Assembly: GCA_964234715.1 (NCBI GenBank)
Contig: OZ174277.1
Reading direction: 5' to 3' (one strand)
DNA length: 64,000 bases
Source of the DNA: Podarcis melisellensis
Taxonomy: Eukaryota
The notes under the pieces are model-generated. The model was not told where the DNA came from. It did no database searches and saw nothing but the letters and a program-made list of their open reading frames with translations. Below are positions 12,814 to 26,491 of this stretch, piece by piece. The translations under genes and the position numbers were made by a program. Numbering within the stretch: position 1 is the stretch's first letter; each line of letters opens with the position of its first letter.

Positions 12814-13010
12814 CTGTTGAAATAAATTTTCATCAAGAACAGGGGTAACAATAGTTTCTTCTTCTGTTGAAGTTGGGCCTTCCTGTGACATCTTGGCTGC
12901 AGACTTGACATTCTTCTGAGCTGCCACAGTACCTTTTTTCTTAGAGACTGCAACTACTTCAGGTTCCTTTTTGGGAGTGCTTTGGGCAACTCCACCTTTA
13001 CTTGATGTTG
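12814..13010 (-). CDS. ADGB: ADGB exon 28
   Basis: TSSKGGVAQSTPKKEPEVV...ENLFQQ; CAG/GTGAG; phases match. Confidence 0.88.
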
Positions 13011-13481
13011 CTGGAAGAGGCAATAACATTTTATAGAGTATTTTAGCATTTAGTCATTTGTCTTACTAATTTCAATTTTATATCTACTTCTGTAATTCTC
13101 TCCTTCTCCTGCTTTACCTACTTATCTACTGACTCTTTCTAAGGATTTACATCCCAACCTTCATAAACCTTCCCAGGGAATTTTAAAACATAGTAAAATA
13201 AATAATATAATACTAAAATACAGATAACCACAACTTCGAAAATGCTGATATCAAACAATATAAAAATTAGATAAAATACCCATTTAAAATGCAATGAAAA
13301 AATAAGAAGTCTTCACCTGACACCTAATTGAGAGAGCCAAGTCTCTTCAAAGATAGCATGTAATAATCATGTACCACCACCAAAAAGGCCCAAACTGTTT
13401 TTCACCCACTAAATTTATAATGGCAGAACTTCCCAAATAATATTTCAGTGAACAGGCAGGCCCATATGGAGATTGGTGGTG

Positions 13482-13482
<1 letters not shown>

Positions 13483-13521
<39 letters not shown>
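13483..13521. repeat. (CA)n microsatellite
   Basis: Seen directly. Confidence 0.95.
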
Positions 13522-13525
<4 letters not shown>

Positions 13526-14163
13526 TCCTTTAAGTTGAATAATTCATTTTTTAAAATGGAATTCGGTCTCTTTCCTCTTTATTCTTTTGAATAATGCACG
13601 CCTGGATAATAATTATTCCAGAAAAACAGCTCAGAACTGTTTATAAGGAGCTTATAAATGTAGATTAGTCTTGGCAAAATAATTGCTTGATTGGAAGCTT
13701 GTTAGTTCTAAGTAAAACTTAACCGTCAGAATGAGGAAGTATCACATCAGACTTTGCTATTCCTGCTATTAGCTGCTGTGAGACTCCTAATAGCACCCTA
13801 GTGGAAATCTCTAGAGACAATGCCCAAATAGATGTGGTGTAGCAACATATGAGATATGGCTCTCTTGGAACACCTAACTTAGCACTGTAGGGTAATTTGA
13901 GGGGAAACAGAATTTGATTCACTTGACACGGAATGGTATACCCATTCTGCATGGTCTGATGGTCCATATGCCGGAAACAGATTCTAAATATGTAAGCCTG
14001 ATCACTCAGCAGCAAGCATGACAAAGCAAAGTCAGTAATCCTTAAATGAGGTCTTAGCGTATGCCACAAATTATTAACTCAGTTATTAAGGCAGGTGCAC
14101 ATGCAAATGTATTGGCAGTCTCTTTGTCCAAATAATCATAGCAATTCAGTTTACCATACATAC

Positions 14164-14348
14164 ACATGCTACTTAGAGGCCGCTCATTAGATATGAAATA
14201 AAATGCAGGAACAGCAGCATGACCCTTCCCAACAGAGTGCACCATTTCTTCCTCAGAGTCCAGAACTTGCACTTTAATGATTACATCTGGCTTGGAGGTC
14301 TGTACTTGCACAGTAGCCATAAGTGGTGTTGTTACTTTTACTGCATAC
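14164..14348 (-). CDS. ADGB: ADGB exon 27
   Basis: YAVKVTTPLMATVQVQTSKPDVIIKVQVLDSEEEMVHSVGKGHAAVPAFYF. Confidence 0.95.
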
Positions 14349-14877
14349 CTGAAGGAGAAGGGGGAGTAAAGGTATATAGTTAACTGAGGCAGATTTTATT
14401 ATTTTCAGCAAGTCTAAGATCTCAATCCTTAAAATAATGTTATTCAAGAAGGCAGCCTAGCCCCAGCTCAGTAAGCTCTGAGACGGAAGTTAAGACATAT
14501 GTTTAGAACAGGCCATTTGTTGCTATGGAAACCAGTTATCGAAATGAAACTGCAGTTAAAATGCCAAGATTGACTACAATAAACTTTCTGAACAAACATT
14601 AGACAAATGATAAAAAGAGGCCTGTGCAAAGCCCTGAGTCCCCTAGGAACAATCACATACATGTTTGCACAGAAGTGAGTCACTACTGAGTTCAGTGTGG
14701 TTTACTCCTTCATGTTTTTAGAATATAAACCTTATTTCTAGATCATGCAAATATCTTGAGATGAATGTGAGATAGAAAAACAACTTTCATGTCTGACTTT
14801 CAGAAAGACCAGGACTTGACCCAGCATTTTAGAAATGCCCAACGTGGTGCATTTGGGGAAAGATACAAAAGCATTAC

Positions 14878-15023
14878 TGGGACAGCTCAGTTAGCCAGAG
14901 CATAAGACTTAATCTTGTGGGTTTAAGCCCCACATTTGACAAAAATAATCATGCTTTGCAGGGGTTGGACTGGAATGATACTCACAGTCCCTTCCAACTC
15001 TAAAATCCTATGATTCTATGATT
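14878..15023 (+). mobile_element. tRNA-headed SINE with a CR1-type 3' tail
   Basis: AGCTCAGTT head; GTCCCTTCCAACTCT..ATGATTCTATGATT tail. Confidence 0.65.
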
Positions 15024-15123
15024 ACTATTCATTCATGCTTCAGTAAGTAATATGCTCAAAGTAACATATGAACACTCAAATAGGGTACATATGGAAATAC
15101 CTTTGCTGTTTCCTCAATTTTAC

Positions 15124-15311
15124 CTGAATATAATATTCTTAGCATTTGGTACATAATAGTCCTTAACTTCTTTAATGGAATATACATTGTTTATAGTCTC
15201 ACGAGAAAGAACTGGAAGGGGACTGTAGGAACCAATGAGTCGAAGCCTCCATTTCCCAGCCAACACTGGTGACTCACCAGTTTGAACTTCAGCCATAAAA
15301 GTATATCCTCT
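15124..15311 (-). CDS. ADGB: ADGB exon 26
   Basis: RGYTFMAEVQTG...KWRLRLIGS...KEVKDYYVPN. Confidence 0.95.
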
Positions 15312-15590
15312 CTGAAATTAAAGTTAATTTTGTTAGCTATTAACACAATATGATACAATAAGTACTGGTAAATAAAGAGCAAATATTATAGCTGCTGCTG
15401 ATACAATACTGTAAACCCCAAAATGGCCCTACAATAGTCAAGACTTGTACATTATGAAGGGTTGTTGCATTCACAGTACCTGGGGAAAATAATTGTTATT
15501 TATATCAGTGTGTAGTAACAGGTCCTTTGTATCATTTTGTTAGTAAGGTAGTAGTACTGTAATTACTATGAAGATGTTTGCATTTATCAC

Positions 15591-15744
15591 CTTATTCTTT
15601 GTATAAAGATGGGGTGCAACCCTGAGAAAGATCCGAGGCATTTCTTCCAATGTATCATTGTCTACAACATGCAATGCGCATGTAGGTATGGAAGAATAAA
15701 ACTTTGCTGCTATGATCATATCTTCTGGAACATAAAACACCTCT
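15591..15744 (-). CDS. ADGB: ADGB exon 25
   Basis: EVFYVPEDMII...LHVVDNDTLEEMPRIFLRVAPHLYTKNK. Confidence 0.95.
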
Positions 15745-15830
15745 CTATAATAAAGGGAGAAAAGGAAAAAGTAAGGATAAGGGGATCTGTCTATCTCCAA
15801 TTCATGCCATTTTTGCAGGTTTTACCCATA

Positions 15831-16040
15831 CAGTGGTACCTCAGTTTATGAACTTAATCTATTCCTAAACCGAAACTGTTCTTAAACCAAGGTGCGCTTT
15901 CCCTAATGAGGCCTCCTGCCGCTGGTGCCCTTCCACCGTTTGGATTCCATTCTTAGACCGAGGTAAAGTTCGCAAACTAGGACATCGCTTCCGGTTTTGC
16001 GGAGTTCGTAAACCGAATCATTAGTAAACAGGTACCACTG
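15831..16040. mobile_element. Tc1/mariner-type MITE
   Basis: TIR CAGTGGTACCT/AGGTACCACTG with TA TSD. Confidence 0.83.
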
Positions 16041-16395
16041 TATTTCCATGTCACTTCTACCATGACTCTAATTAAAAAAAAATACATTTAAAATGCCTAT
16101 TTACGGGCAGATTTTGACATGCTTAAACTGCCTAGACTGCACAACATTCAAAGAAGGGTTGCAATCTAGTGAATATCAAAGTTCTGATCCACATGTCAGT
16201 TCTAGAGATGGTGATCAGATAATTTCATATCGAAATTAATGAAGACTGAATTCCTCAAGCATGGCCTTCATGAACAAGTACAAGAATGTTTTCAACATGT
16301 GGTCACTTGGCTTTCAGTCACACAAACAGAATTAGCAGTTAAACTAGAATATGATATAGATGGTCTGTATGTGACTCATCAATAACAAACCTCAC

Positions 16396-16530
16396 CTGAA
16401 GACCACAAACCAAAAATTTGCTGGCTGGTCCGCATATGTTACAGTATAATCAGCAAAAGATGTCTTAGTCCACTCATCTTCAGCACAACGGTATTTTTCA
16501 AGTGACTTACATTTACTTTTGAACATATCT
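16396..16530 (-). CDS. ADGB: ADGB exon 24
   Basis: DMFKSKCKSLEKYRCAEDEWTKTSFADYTVTY...WFVVF. Confidence 0.95.
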
Positions 16531-17088
16531 CTATGAAACACAACAAGAAGAATATAAAATAATCAGTTGAGATCATAACCAACAGTACTGAGCTTCAAGC
16601 TGCCTCTACTCTATATATACATAAGATATAATAGCATCCCAAAGATTAAGCAGTGGCAACTGTATTATGAAAAAAATGCCTTCCTCAACAAGCAACAAAT
16701 TACTTGTGGCAGAGGCATATCAAACACTTTAAGTGTGGGTTTACTCAATCTCACAAATGAGGGATCAAGCTTTCCAGATGCTGCTAAACTACAACTCCCA
16801 TCAGCCCCAGCAAGCAAGGCCAATGGCTTCCCAACACCAGAATAAACAGTAGGAGTCTGATTTAAAGGGCAAAAGGAATATGGGGATGAAGGGTGCTGAA
16901 CTATACCCCAATCTGAGGTTTACCTCTGTTTAACTGGGATTTCACTTCTCTGTCAGCTTGAATCTAACTGGGAGGTGAAAGCAGCTGGAGCAAAAACCAC
17001 AATAAGCCTCACTACACACCTTTTTTGCTCTTAAAGCCAGACCTCCCTTGTTCCTTCTGCTTTATGCTTAATTAGCCAGACCTGTATT

Positions 17089-17222
17089 TCATGCTGGCCA
17101 CATGACCCGGAAAAACTGTCTGCGGACAAATGTCAGCTCCCTCGGCCAGTAAAGCAAGATGAGCGCCGCAACCCCAGAGTCGTTTGCAACTGGACTTAAC
17201 TGTCAGGGGTCCTTTACCTTTT
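17089..17222 (+). mobile_element. Sauria SINE 3' portion
   Basis: Closely similar to 61423-61562. Confidence 0.85.
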
Positions 17223-17964
17223 TATATTTTAAGAGCTGGCCAAACTAAAAATAGCATGGGAGATGCTCAAATGCATCTTTCAACATCTTTTTTCCTGCTA
17301 AAACCAGCTGTGACGCCCCCCACTTTGGATCACGGCCAATCTAATTCACACATACACCAGCTGCTATTAGCTGTGAAAGGAAAGTGTGCTGTGGAGAGTG
17401 AAACTCATACTGTTTCAATATATTTTACTGTCTGAAACGAATAGCAGTTCCCAGAGGGAGGATTTAGATTAGCAGTGTGACCCAAATCTAGCCCTACCCC
17501 CTCTCTGTGGCTGTTTTTGGAGAAGAATAAGATGTCGGGGGTTGTATTTCTGAATCTTTCACATCACATCTAATGTGGCCCTGAGAAGTAGCAGAAGTTC
17601 AAAGGGAAATTAAGATATGATCATGCAGCTTTATCACTGGACACAAGAAATATATTCTATACATTCTTTTAAAAAAACTACTTTCTCTGTATCAATGTAA
17701 TAGCTATGCTACCTCCAGGCTGGCATAGTTTAGGGATCCAATTCTGGGGTCTATCAGGAAAACAAAGGAACTTTGGATCCAGCGGATCCAGGGTTACCTT
17801 TTGTCTGCCTCTGCAGTACCCTGTTTCAGACCTTATTGCTGGCTGAAGCTGAGCTGTCAACACAGAACAGATGTGTACATTGGAGAGGCAGTGTCACCAT
17901 CTGTGAGCAAGAAGAAACCCCTTGTGGATTCAAGTCACAAGTCTGTTCTTACTGAGCGGTGCAA

Positions 17965-18300
17965 AATCTATAAAGCCTTAAATGGCTCAGGACCACAGTA
18001 CGTTTCCTTTCCTCATATGAACCAACCCAGTCCTTGCAATCATCATCTGAGGCCCTTCTTTGTGTGCCGCCTCCATGAGAGGTCTGGAGGGTGGCAACAC
18101 AGGAATGGGCCTTTTCTGTGGTAAACTCCGCACTTGTGGAATGCTCCCCCCAGGGAGGTGCCTGGCAAATCTATACCATTATAAACTGGGGGGAGGGTGT
18201 TTTTGCTTGTTACTATGTTATGTATTTTTGTGCTTTTCTATTGTAATCCAGTCTGTGATCCTTGGGATGATGGGTAGAAAAGAAATGTAATAAATAAAAT
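17965..18300 (+). mobile_element. Decayed L2/CR1-like LINE 3' fragment
   Basis: TATAAAGCCTTAAATGGCTCAGGACC..TGTGGAATGCTC pattern with an (AATA)n tail. Confidence 0.5.
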
Positions 18301-18878
18301 TATAAATATATAATCCATTTCTAATGATGAAAAAAAATTAAGAAACTTGGCTTCCACCTTATCAACTAACACAGTTTGAAGACAACCGTCTCTACTCAGT
18401 CAGACTATAGCCCATGATTTGTAAATCTATTCATGCAGGGCTCAGTCATTTATCTGGGACAGCAATCTGGTGTCCTTAATACAGATGTGAATGTGGATCA
18501 ATAAACAGAAGAGATGTTGCCCCATTTGCCAATTTGCACATGGTAAAGGTAAAGGTAAAGGACCCCTGACATTACATTTAATTCTTCAGTAACAAACTGA
18601 TGTAAAATTCATAGTCTGTCTCTTGATTTTTTTATCCTGAATATAAAGCAGAATAAAAATTGATTCAATGGTTAAGCAGGGTGTTCTTTAAATTTCAATT
18701 TTACATCTGAAAAACTAAATATAGGGATGCCCAAAAGTGGGCTTCAGTACTTTCCCTATAGCACTTCCACAGGGTCAGGTCAGCTTTTATGAGAGAAAAA
18801 AAGGGGGGCGGGGAGGTGTTGTGAGGCAAAACATGGGATTTATATACGTGACCCTGCAGAAACCATACTTTGTATTAC

Positions 18879-18972
18879 CTCAAAAGTGTCAAAGAACATT
18901 GTTCAAAATTTGGCTCTATTAGAGCCCACAACTTTTGAAGTGTGTCTTTGACTTTAGCATTCTCCTTAGTAC
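18879..18972 (-). CDS. ADGB: ADGB exon 23
   Basis: TKENAKVKDTLQKLWALIEPNFEQCSLTLL. Confidence 0.93.
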
Positions 18973-19773
18973 CTGAAAAATAAAAAGACAAATAAAAACA
19001 AATTTGGCTATTAGTAAATATTCAACATAGTTATCATTCCTAAACACTGGCATGAAGAAATAAGGTAAAATATAAAGCTCTGAGAGTAAGCAGAATGAAA
19101 GCATGTCTAACTGAAAAGACTATCTAACCAACACTTCTGCAAGACATCATCTGAGGACATTTGTAGCCAACAATGCCATGTTTTGCACAAATAAATAGCT
19201 TTTATGATATAATGACCAACTGCATTATACAAGCACTGTGGTGATTCCTATGGCATTCTGTGAATAATTCAAGATTCTAGGTGTCGAGATTGGGCCCTGG
19301 CCCCCCAATCTGAAAGTCAGGAAAATGGCTGTTTGGCAGCCATTTGGAAGTTCTATGTCCTTTCCACTCCTCATCTGGGCTTCTGGACAGAATCTTCCAT
19401 CCAGATCCCTTTACAGGAGTACCCTCATATATCACACCTGATAAAAAAGGCAGGGTAATGAACCATCTCACCCCTCTGGGAGTAGACTAAAGAGTCAACC
19501 CTTATCTACCACATGAGCTGGCACCCAGTGCAGCCCACTTATATACTTCAGTGGTGGACCGGAGTGAAGCCTTGGTTCCTTCAGTCCATTTCTGCATGTA
19601 GGCCTCCATTAGCCAACTTAAATTTAGAGTTTTGGTGGGATATCCCATCATCCTCCGTGGCTGGTTAAAGCCAAAGCAAATGGCTGTCTTCAAAGGAGGA
19701 AGGTGCTGCCCTGCTCCGTCCCCTAGGGGCTGTGTCAGGACGCAACTGTCACTTCTCTCAGAAGAATCCTGAC

Positions 19774-19899
19774 CTGGTTTTCTGCCATTCATTAGTAGCC
19801 GCACATAAGACCCTTTCCAGGCAGCCTGCAGTTTAAGTGCAACTTTCTCCTCTTCCGGTGTGGGTTCTTTGCTTTGCCAAGCAGAAACATCTGTCAGCT
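19774..19899 (-). CDS. ADGB: ADGB exon 22 (IQ calmodulin-binding motif)
   Basis: EEEKVALKLQAAWKGSYVRLLMNGRKP. Confidence 0.94.
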
Positions 19900-21241
19900 C
19901 TAAAAAGAAATTAATACAAAAGTTACCTGCCTGTGAGATTACAATACTTATGTCATGTCTACAAAAACCAACAATGGAGTGTTTTATTGTTTTATGATGA
20001 AATCCTCTCTCTACTAATACACATCTACAAGTGTGGATTCTTATGTAGTCACACATAAGAGGGATCATTGCAACATTTGATTGCAGTTCCCACTTGTTCA
20101 TTACAATCTAGGAACCCAAAGAAAGCCGTCTAATGCAACATTTCTGATGAAAATATATGGTTCTGTACTGTTTCCCTGCAAAATGTTTTCAGGTAACTGG
20201 ATACTGCAGGACATTTACATGAATTTAGATCAGTTTGATAGATCTGAAACATTTTTCTCATCTAATGAATGTTTATTAGACCTTACGCCAGCAAGCTTAG
20301 TGCTGCATCTATCAGTAAAAACCCAGATAGGCCAGGCAGCAAATCAGGATGGTTGGCAGATTATGTGCCCCCCCCGAGCCCACAACTGGCTGGCTGCCTT
20401 GCCCTTCTGCTGCCTGCTGCCACCTCATTCTGCCCCTGCTCCCTCCTGCCCCCTATTTGCTGCCAAGAGTGGTGGCATATACTCCATGACTTGCTCTGGG
20501 GATGGGGCACAGAGTAAGGTAATGTCAGTGAAATCTCCTAGATAGTGTCTGTACTACAGCTGAAAATTACTGCTTAAGTTGCCTTTAAAAAAAAGAAGAA
20601 GATTTAAACAGTCATTTGCTGCCAATGGAGAAAAACGGCAGCCCAGAGCATCTCTGAGATGTCTTGGTTTAAGAAAGGAGTCCTTTGTTGGAAGAGTGTG
20701 AGTGGGAGGGAGTAGTTGGTGGAGGGGAAGAAGAGGAGGAGGAGGGGAGCAGCAGAAATGGTGATGGCATCTGCTGCCCTCTCAGGTGCAATATCTACTG
20801 TTGGTCTTGGTTAATCCTGATTGCCAAAAATGGAACCTCAGTTTTCAGAGGCAATTGACTGCTAACTGTTAGATGCTAGGCAGCAACCACAGTAGTGGCT
20901 TGTAACTTCCCGGACCTTGGCCTGGCAACTATTGGAAATAAAGCACCTAGTTTTGGTCCAAGATGACCTCAAACAGACAGCACGAACAGTTTCATCCTCC
21001 ACACTAGATGCAATGCATTTACACTTTAAGTCTGGGAACATAAAATGCAAATTGATTTTTGTATTGAGTGCTAGACTTATGTCTTGCAAGCTTAGGTAAG
21101 TGATGTGTTGTTCTCCTAGTGTCAAATGCTAATTAAAACTGAAATCCAATTAAAGTTTAAGAACATATATAAGACTGATATTTTTTTTTGGTAGGTGTTG
21201 CAGAGCATTTGAATGATTGCAGTGCTGTTGAAATGGGAAAA

Positions 21242-21401
21242 GGATGTAGCTCAGTGCTATACCATATACTTTGTATGAAAAAGCTCCCAGGTTCGATCTC
21301 TGGCATCTCCACATACAGATGTAAAAGACACCTGCCTGAAATCTTGGAAAGCTGCTGTCAGTCAGTGTCAGCAATACTGAGCTAGATGGAACAATGGTCT
21401 G
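21242..21401 (+). mobile_element. tRNA-derived squamate SINE, decayed
   Basis: GTAGCTCAGTG A-box, GGTTCGATC B-box, body GCTGCTGTCAGTCAGTGT..CAATACTGAGCTAGATGG. Confidence 0.6.
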
Positions 21402-21789
21402 TCTAGAGAATCTACAATGTTCAAGTGTTGCAGGGCTGTTATTGCTAACATTGTCCTAGTCTTCCTTTGTATTCGTTTGCTTGTGTCTCCACATTGATGC
21501 CCCAAATGTTGGGATCAAAGATGGGTAAACCTCAAGAGTATCACACAAAAACCAAACAAGATCAATGGCATAAAGATGTGCTGATACAGAATTAAAGTTA
21601 GCAGCATCATGTTAGCTCTGCTGTATGAAGTTCAAAAAATCTGTAGGCTCCATCAATTATATGAGAGAATACCACCTAGGGTCTGGCAGGACATCTCAAC
21701 ATTCAGCAGATTTTTTCTGTAATGATATCTTCTTAATAGATTATTTAAAAATAAATATTGCTGGTACATTATTCATGTTTTCCATATAC

Positions 21790-21925
21790 CTGAGGAGTCT
21801 GTGTCTTCAACAGACACATCACTGTCTTTAAAATCCAAAGTGAAACATCTGTAAGCAAATTTGTAGTTGAGAGGAACATTCCCCAATGTCTGTTTTATCA
21901 AATGCCAAAAAGCATTATTGAAAGC
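21790..21925 (-). CDS. ADGB: ADGB exon 21
   Basis: AFNNAFWHLIKQTLGNVPLNYKFAYRCFTLDF. Confidence 0.9.
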
Positions 21926-23020
21926 CTAAAATGTAAAAGAGAAATGGTCAGTAAATTATTATAAATAAATGTTCAAATATTTTCTACTAATGATTTTCAG
22001 AGGAAAATATTACCAAACACATACCCAACCTGTATATTTGACTACTAGATAGAGTGGATTTGTAGAATCTGTAAAATGGCTCACTCCAACTAAATGAGTT
22101 TTCCTTTTGATATTTCAACCCAGCCACATAATGTGATCACTATCTTAAGATATGATCAGATATCTGCCTAGTGACATTATTGTTTCCAAAATATTTAATT
22201 GCATAAGCAACCAGAACAAACAAATGTATCTTTTCAACATCAGTCAAAGGTTGGGGACAATTCAGATTTGGGGGCATTGTGGTGTTTGAACAACTGACAA
22301 CCCAGCAGCAGCAGCAGCTGCAACAACAGCAGTTAGCTGAAAGATACATCCAAAGTCAAAGTATTTTGTCTGAGAAAAGGGCAGTTCAACAACATGTTAG
22401 CTACTGCAACATGGGCAGCATGATCCTAAGGCTTGCACAGCCATAGTTAAAGGGACAGTCTTTTGAGATAAGAGGAACACAGCTGCTCAGTGGAGCATAT
22501 TGTAATTGTCTCTAAAACTCATACTTCACTTTCTCATTATTTATATAATGTACTGAAAATTAGGGAGTGGAGATCTGTTCTGAAGACAAGGCTGTTGATC
22601 TCATTCATTCTTCACTGTGTCTGCATGATTTGAAAAATGGCCCTTGTGTGCCACACTGGCACAAGGCCATAATTTCATTTACATAGTGACCAAGGATACC
22701 TCAGTCCAACAGCACAGCTGCTGATTCTATGCTCTTATGTCACTAAACAGCCAGAGAACAGGCATCAGTGTGATTATTAGTTCATACCATCCAGAATATG
22801 GGGTTAGGTTTCTTGTCAACATTGAGGAAGATCTAGACTTTTCAAAGTATCTGATGTGAAATTCACAAGAGCATGTTTACAGGAATTCATGAGAGACAAC
22901 CTAAATATTCATTATCAGGAGTTTCAGCTAATGGGCTGCACTAGAAAACAATCATTTGGAAAGCACAATATATTCTGCATGTTAACAGAAGGATAAGATT
23001 CTTCTTGGTTTTTTTTTTAC

Positions 23021-23188
23021 CTTAAAGTGTTCTCTAGTTGTTCCTGGAGCACAGAGGCCAGGAGGACAATGTGTTGCTTCCAGTGTCTTTATGGCTGCGG
23101 GAAGGTTTTCTGCATTTCCAAAATTCAGTATCACATTTCCAATGGCTTTCATGATAGTGGTGGCTTGTTCTATGAACCGATAGCTTTC
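23021..23188 (-). CDS. ADGB: ADGB exon 20 (globin part with distal Gln and proximal His)
   Basis: ESYRFIEQATTIMKAIGNVILNF...LEATHCP. Confidence 0.95.
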
Positions 23189-23415
23189 CTGAGGAGAAAA
23201 TACATAAACTACCATTAGTCAGAACTATTAAAAATATATCACTATTTCAACAACATGCACATGGTCAATTCATTAGGAATTACTGAAGCACTAAACCTAT
23301 GTTAGTGACTATTACATTCGTATGTAATTTCTATGAGAGTTTTTTTAATGTCCCTGGGGAGAGGAAGGAGGGTTCCACATAAAGAATCATTTGAAAAATC
23401 TATGAATTCAATATA

Positions 23416-23666
23416 CTGTATTGGCCAGAATATAAGCCGCACTTGCAAATAAGCCACACCTTTAAAATCTGGCTGCTTGGGGGAGGCTTGGGAGCCACCG
23501 ATGGGACAGGTGCCATTGCCCCGTGCTCCCAGGCTACTCTGGGCGGGGGGTGGGGGAGAGCTGTGCTGCTTTGCCAGTGCCTTAAGGTTGCAAATATAAG
23601 CCGCACTTTAACTTTTCACGATCAGAAGTTGGAAAAAAAGTGTGGCTTATTTTGGGGCCAATACAG
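23416..23666. mobile_element. pogo/Tigger-like MITE
   Basis: TIR CTGTATTGGCC/GGCCAATACAG; internal repeat AATATAAGCCGCACTT; TA on the left side only. Confidence 0.7.
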
Positions 23667-24328
23667 TTGATCAGATCAGGAACCACAGAAACCTAAACAT
23701 AGTGAAGAAACAAAAGGGGGGGGGAACTACTGAATGAAGACTGAGCATGCTCAGTGGGTATGGAATGCTGTCTGTCTGCTAGAGGAAAACTTAGAAAAAC
23801 AGGAGATGATTGGAGAAAGAATAGAATGTCTGGAACCATGAACAGAAGGACTTTACCCTGTAATGCCACTTGTATAAATGTATTTGCTAGCTCTGTTAAA
23901 CCTACAAAAAAATACTCTAGAAAGAAAATCCAGCAGAAATTGAACCACAACTACTTTTTTGAAGAGCTAGGTGAGATCCTCGTGGAGCTCAGTCTGTAGA
24001 CATTTTGCAGAATTTTCTCCCTGTATGATTTGGAGAAAAAATGCTGGGTACTTACCTTTGGCCATCAGTGGGGCCTGCAACCAAATTTCAAAATTGCATA
24101 AGCAGTTGTATGTTTTAGCATTATTTTGTGATGATGCAAGTGTCTTCCAGATTCTGCCCATTTAAAAATTAAATTGCAGGATAATTATGGATCTGTGATC
24201 TTTTCCATTCAGAAACAGACTAAGTACTTCTCGAACAAAGCTTTAACTTCAATAGGAATTAAAACTTGACAATGAACATTTGTTTCTCCCAGTGGGAATA
24301 TAGCTCCAGTTGTTATGGTAACAAATAC

Positions 24329-24443
24329 CTTTTCAAGATTTGGCAGGACAATATCCTCTTCACCAAACACACATGGGACCATGCTACAAAGATGGATATG
24401 GTGCCCTACAGGAGAGCTCGCAGTGAAGAGTAACACATGGCGC
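24329..24443 (-). CDS. ADGB: ADGB exon 19
   Basis: RHVLLFTASSPVGHHIHLCSMVPCVFGEEDIVLPNLEK. Confidence 0.95.
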
Positions 24444-25521
24444 CTACATTTAAAATAAGCACACTAATGAACAAAGAAACTAAAACATAACAGAAATTCT
24501 AAACAGTCAGTGTAAGTAAAGCCCTCTTGTCTCTTTCATCATTTATTGCTTGGCTCTCAAAACATTTAATGTATAAAGGAAAGAGAAGGCTCTAAGACTA
24601 TTTGGTGGACCACATGTGTTTGTACACTTAGAAAAAAAGTGCTAAGACTTGTTGGCATTTCATCCACCCACTAGCAAATAAATATGTAGCTTATTTTGCA
24701 AAGTAAGTAACCATAGCTATCTTCTTCTTTGTGCAAGAACAGATGCCTCAGGTGGGAGTTGAGCTCTCCCTTGTGGCTGAAACTGAGGTGGGAATGAGAG
24801 AGTTCCTGGTATAAAAGCTAAGCTCTGAACAAGAGAAGAGATGAGGGACTAGTGAGACACGTTAGCACTAAAAGTCCAAACCATACTGAGGTAAAAAACA
24901 ACAACACTGACAGCCAGGGAGGGAAACTACCACAAAGGCACTCCGCCTTAGAAAAAACACACATACAAAACTGACAAAAATCACAAATGGATTAGAAAGA
25001 AGAGGCCAGAAAGGCAGCACAAGCTGTGTGAAACAGAGAAATCAGATTGTGGCTTTCCAAGGGAGAGGCACACAGCAACTTCTTTGAAAATGTCAACATT
25101 TCCTGTCTGCAAGCACAGGGAGGAACAAGATCCCAGTTGGAAGTGTCCTGTTGCCCACTAGAAAACAGAGAGTTCCTCTGCCGAGGCTTAGCCCTACCAT
25201 GAATTAATTTATTTAAATATTTAAAACTGTATTTTTCATAAAAGATACAGCAAGGGGGTATACAACATACAAAGTGACAATAGCTTTGATAAAAGCATAA
25301 AGGTGTGTTTATTTATTTAAATATTGAGGTAGCGTAAAAATAAATGCTTATTTCTCAGCCTCAGTAACTCCATGGAAACAATGGCCCTGACCTATTTTAC
25401 AGGATTGCTGTGAGGATTAGAAAATCTGAGAAGGTGTGTAAATATTTAAAGCGCTATTTTAAAGCACTATTGCTATGCTTCTAACTCCTGGATCAAAAGG
25501 GTGTAGCAGACTGGCACATAC

Positions 25522-25666
25522 CCAGCAGGAAGACTTATCACAGCAGCTTTAGTGGCATATGTATGGATCTTCAGGATTAATTGTCCTGGCGCCAAATTTT
25601 TCCATGAGAATTTTTCAACCATGAGTAATCCCTTGGGCAAAACATGGCCTTCTTTTTGTGCACTTG
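25522..25666 (-). CDS. ADGB: ADGB exon 18
   Basis: GLLMVEKFSWKNLAPGQLILKIHTYATKAAVISLPA. Confidence 0.94.
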
Positions 25667-26491
25667 CTATAAAATAAAAGTATACAGATAACTTGTTGTT
25701 ATTTTTATCACCAAAATGTAACCATTTCCAATATCTTTACATATGCTGAGGATTTTATTTATACCCTGCTCATCTGGCTGAGTTGCCCCATCCACTCTGG
25801 GTGGCTTCCAACACATAAAACATAAAAAAGTCAAACATTAAAAACTTCCCGATACAGGGCTGCCTTCAGATGTCTTCTGAAAGTTGTTCTTAGATATAAC
25901 TTGTAGTTTGTTGCTTGTAAACCTCATAGAACATGATTTATATCTTATAAATACATGATTTATATCTTATAAATAATGCTGAAGGGACTATGTGTACTAT
26001 GTGCCTTCCTTAAAGCCTAAAATAGAAAGCTTAGTAGTTGTGTGGACTGGGAAGCTCTAGGAGATTAATGTAGGGGGAATGGTAGGGACGGTGGTGAAGA
26101 GAGCAAGCAGGGCTGCAGACCCTAGAACTCCAGTAACAACTGAGCCGCATGTAAGGTTTTTTTATTCTGACATTTGCCTTGAGGCTGTTTTCAATTGCAA
26201 ATTATGGCAAGCCATAAAAGCAGCCTCAAATTATTATGAAGAGGATGGAAGTTGATGGAACTTTGATTTGTTTGTTAATAACATGTGCCGTTCTACTACA
26301 GACTCTGGGCTTAGGAACAATTAATTGCATCCAAGACTTTCACCAAACACTCATGAGAAAGTTGTGTGTCAACATAGGAGAAGATCACAAATACTGCAGC
26401 TCTAACAGAGTTCTATCTTTGAGTACCTCTTTGTGAAGAAAATCACAAGAATCAATACTTGCATTACCTAGCTATTTGATACTGATCTTAC

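Noticed and set aside
21242-21310. Possible tRNA gene
   Set aside because: A and B boxes are present but there is no intact cloverleaf, and it continues into a SINE body.
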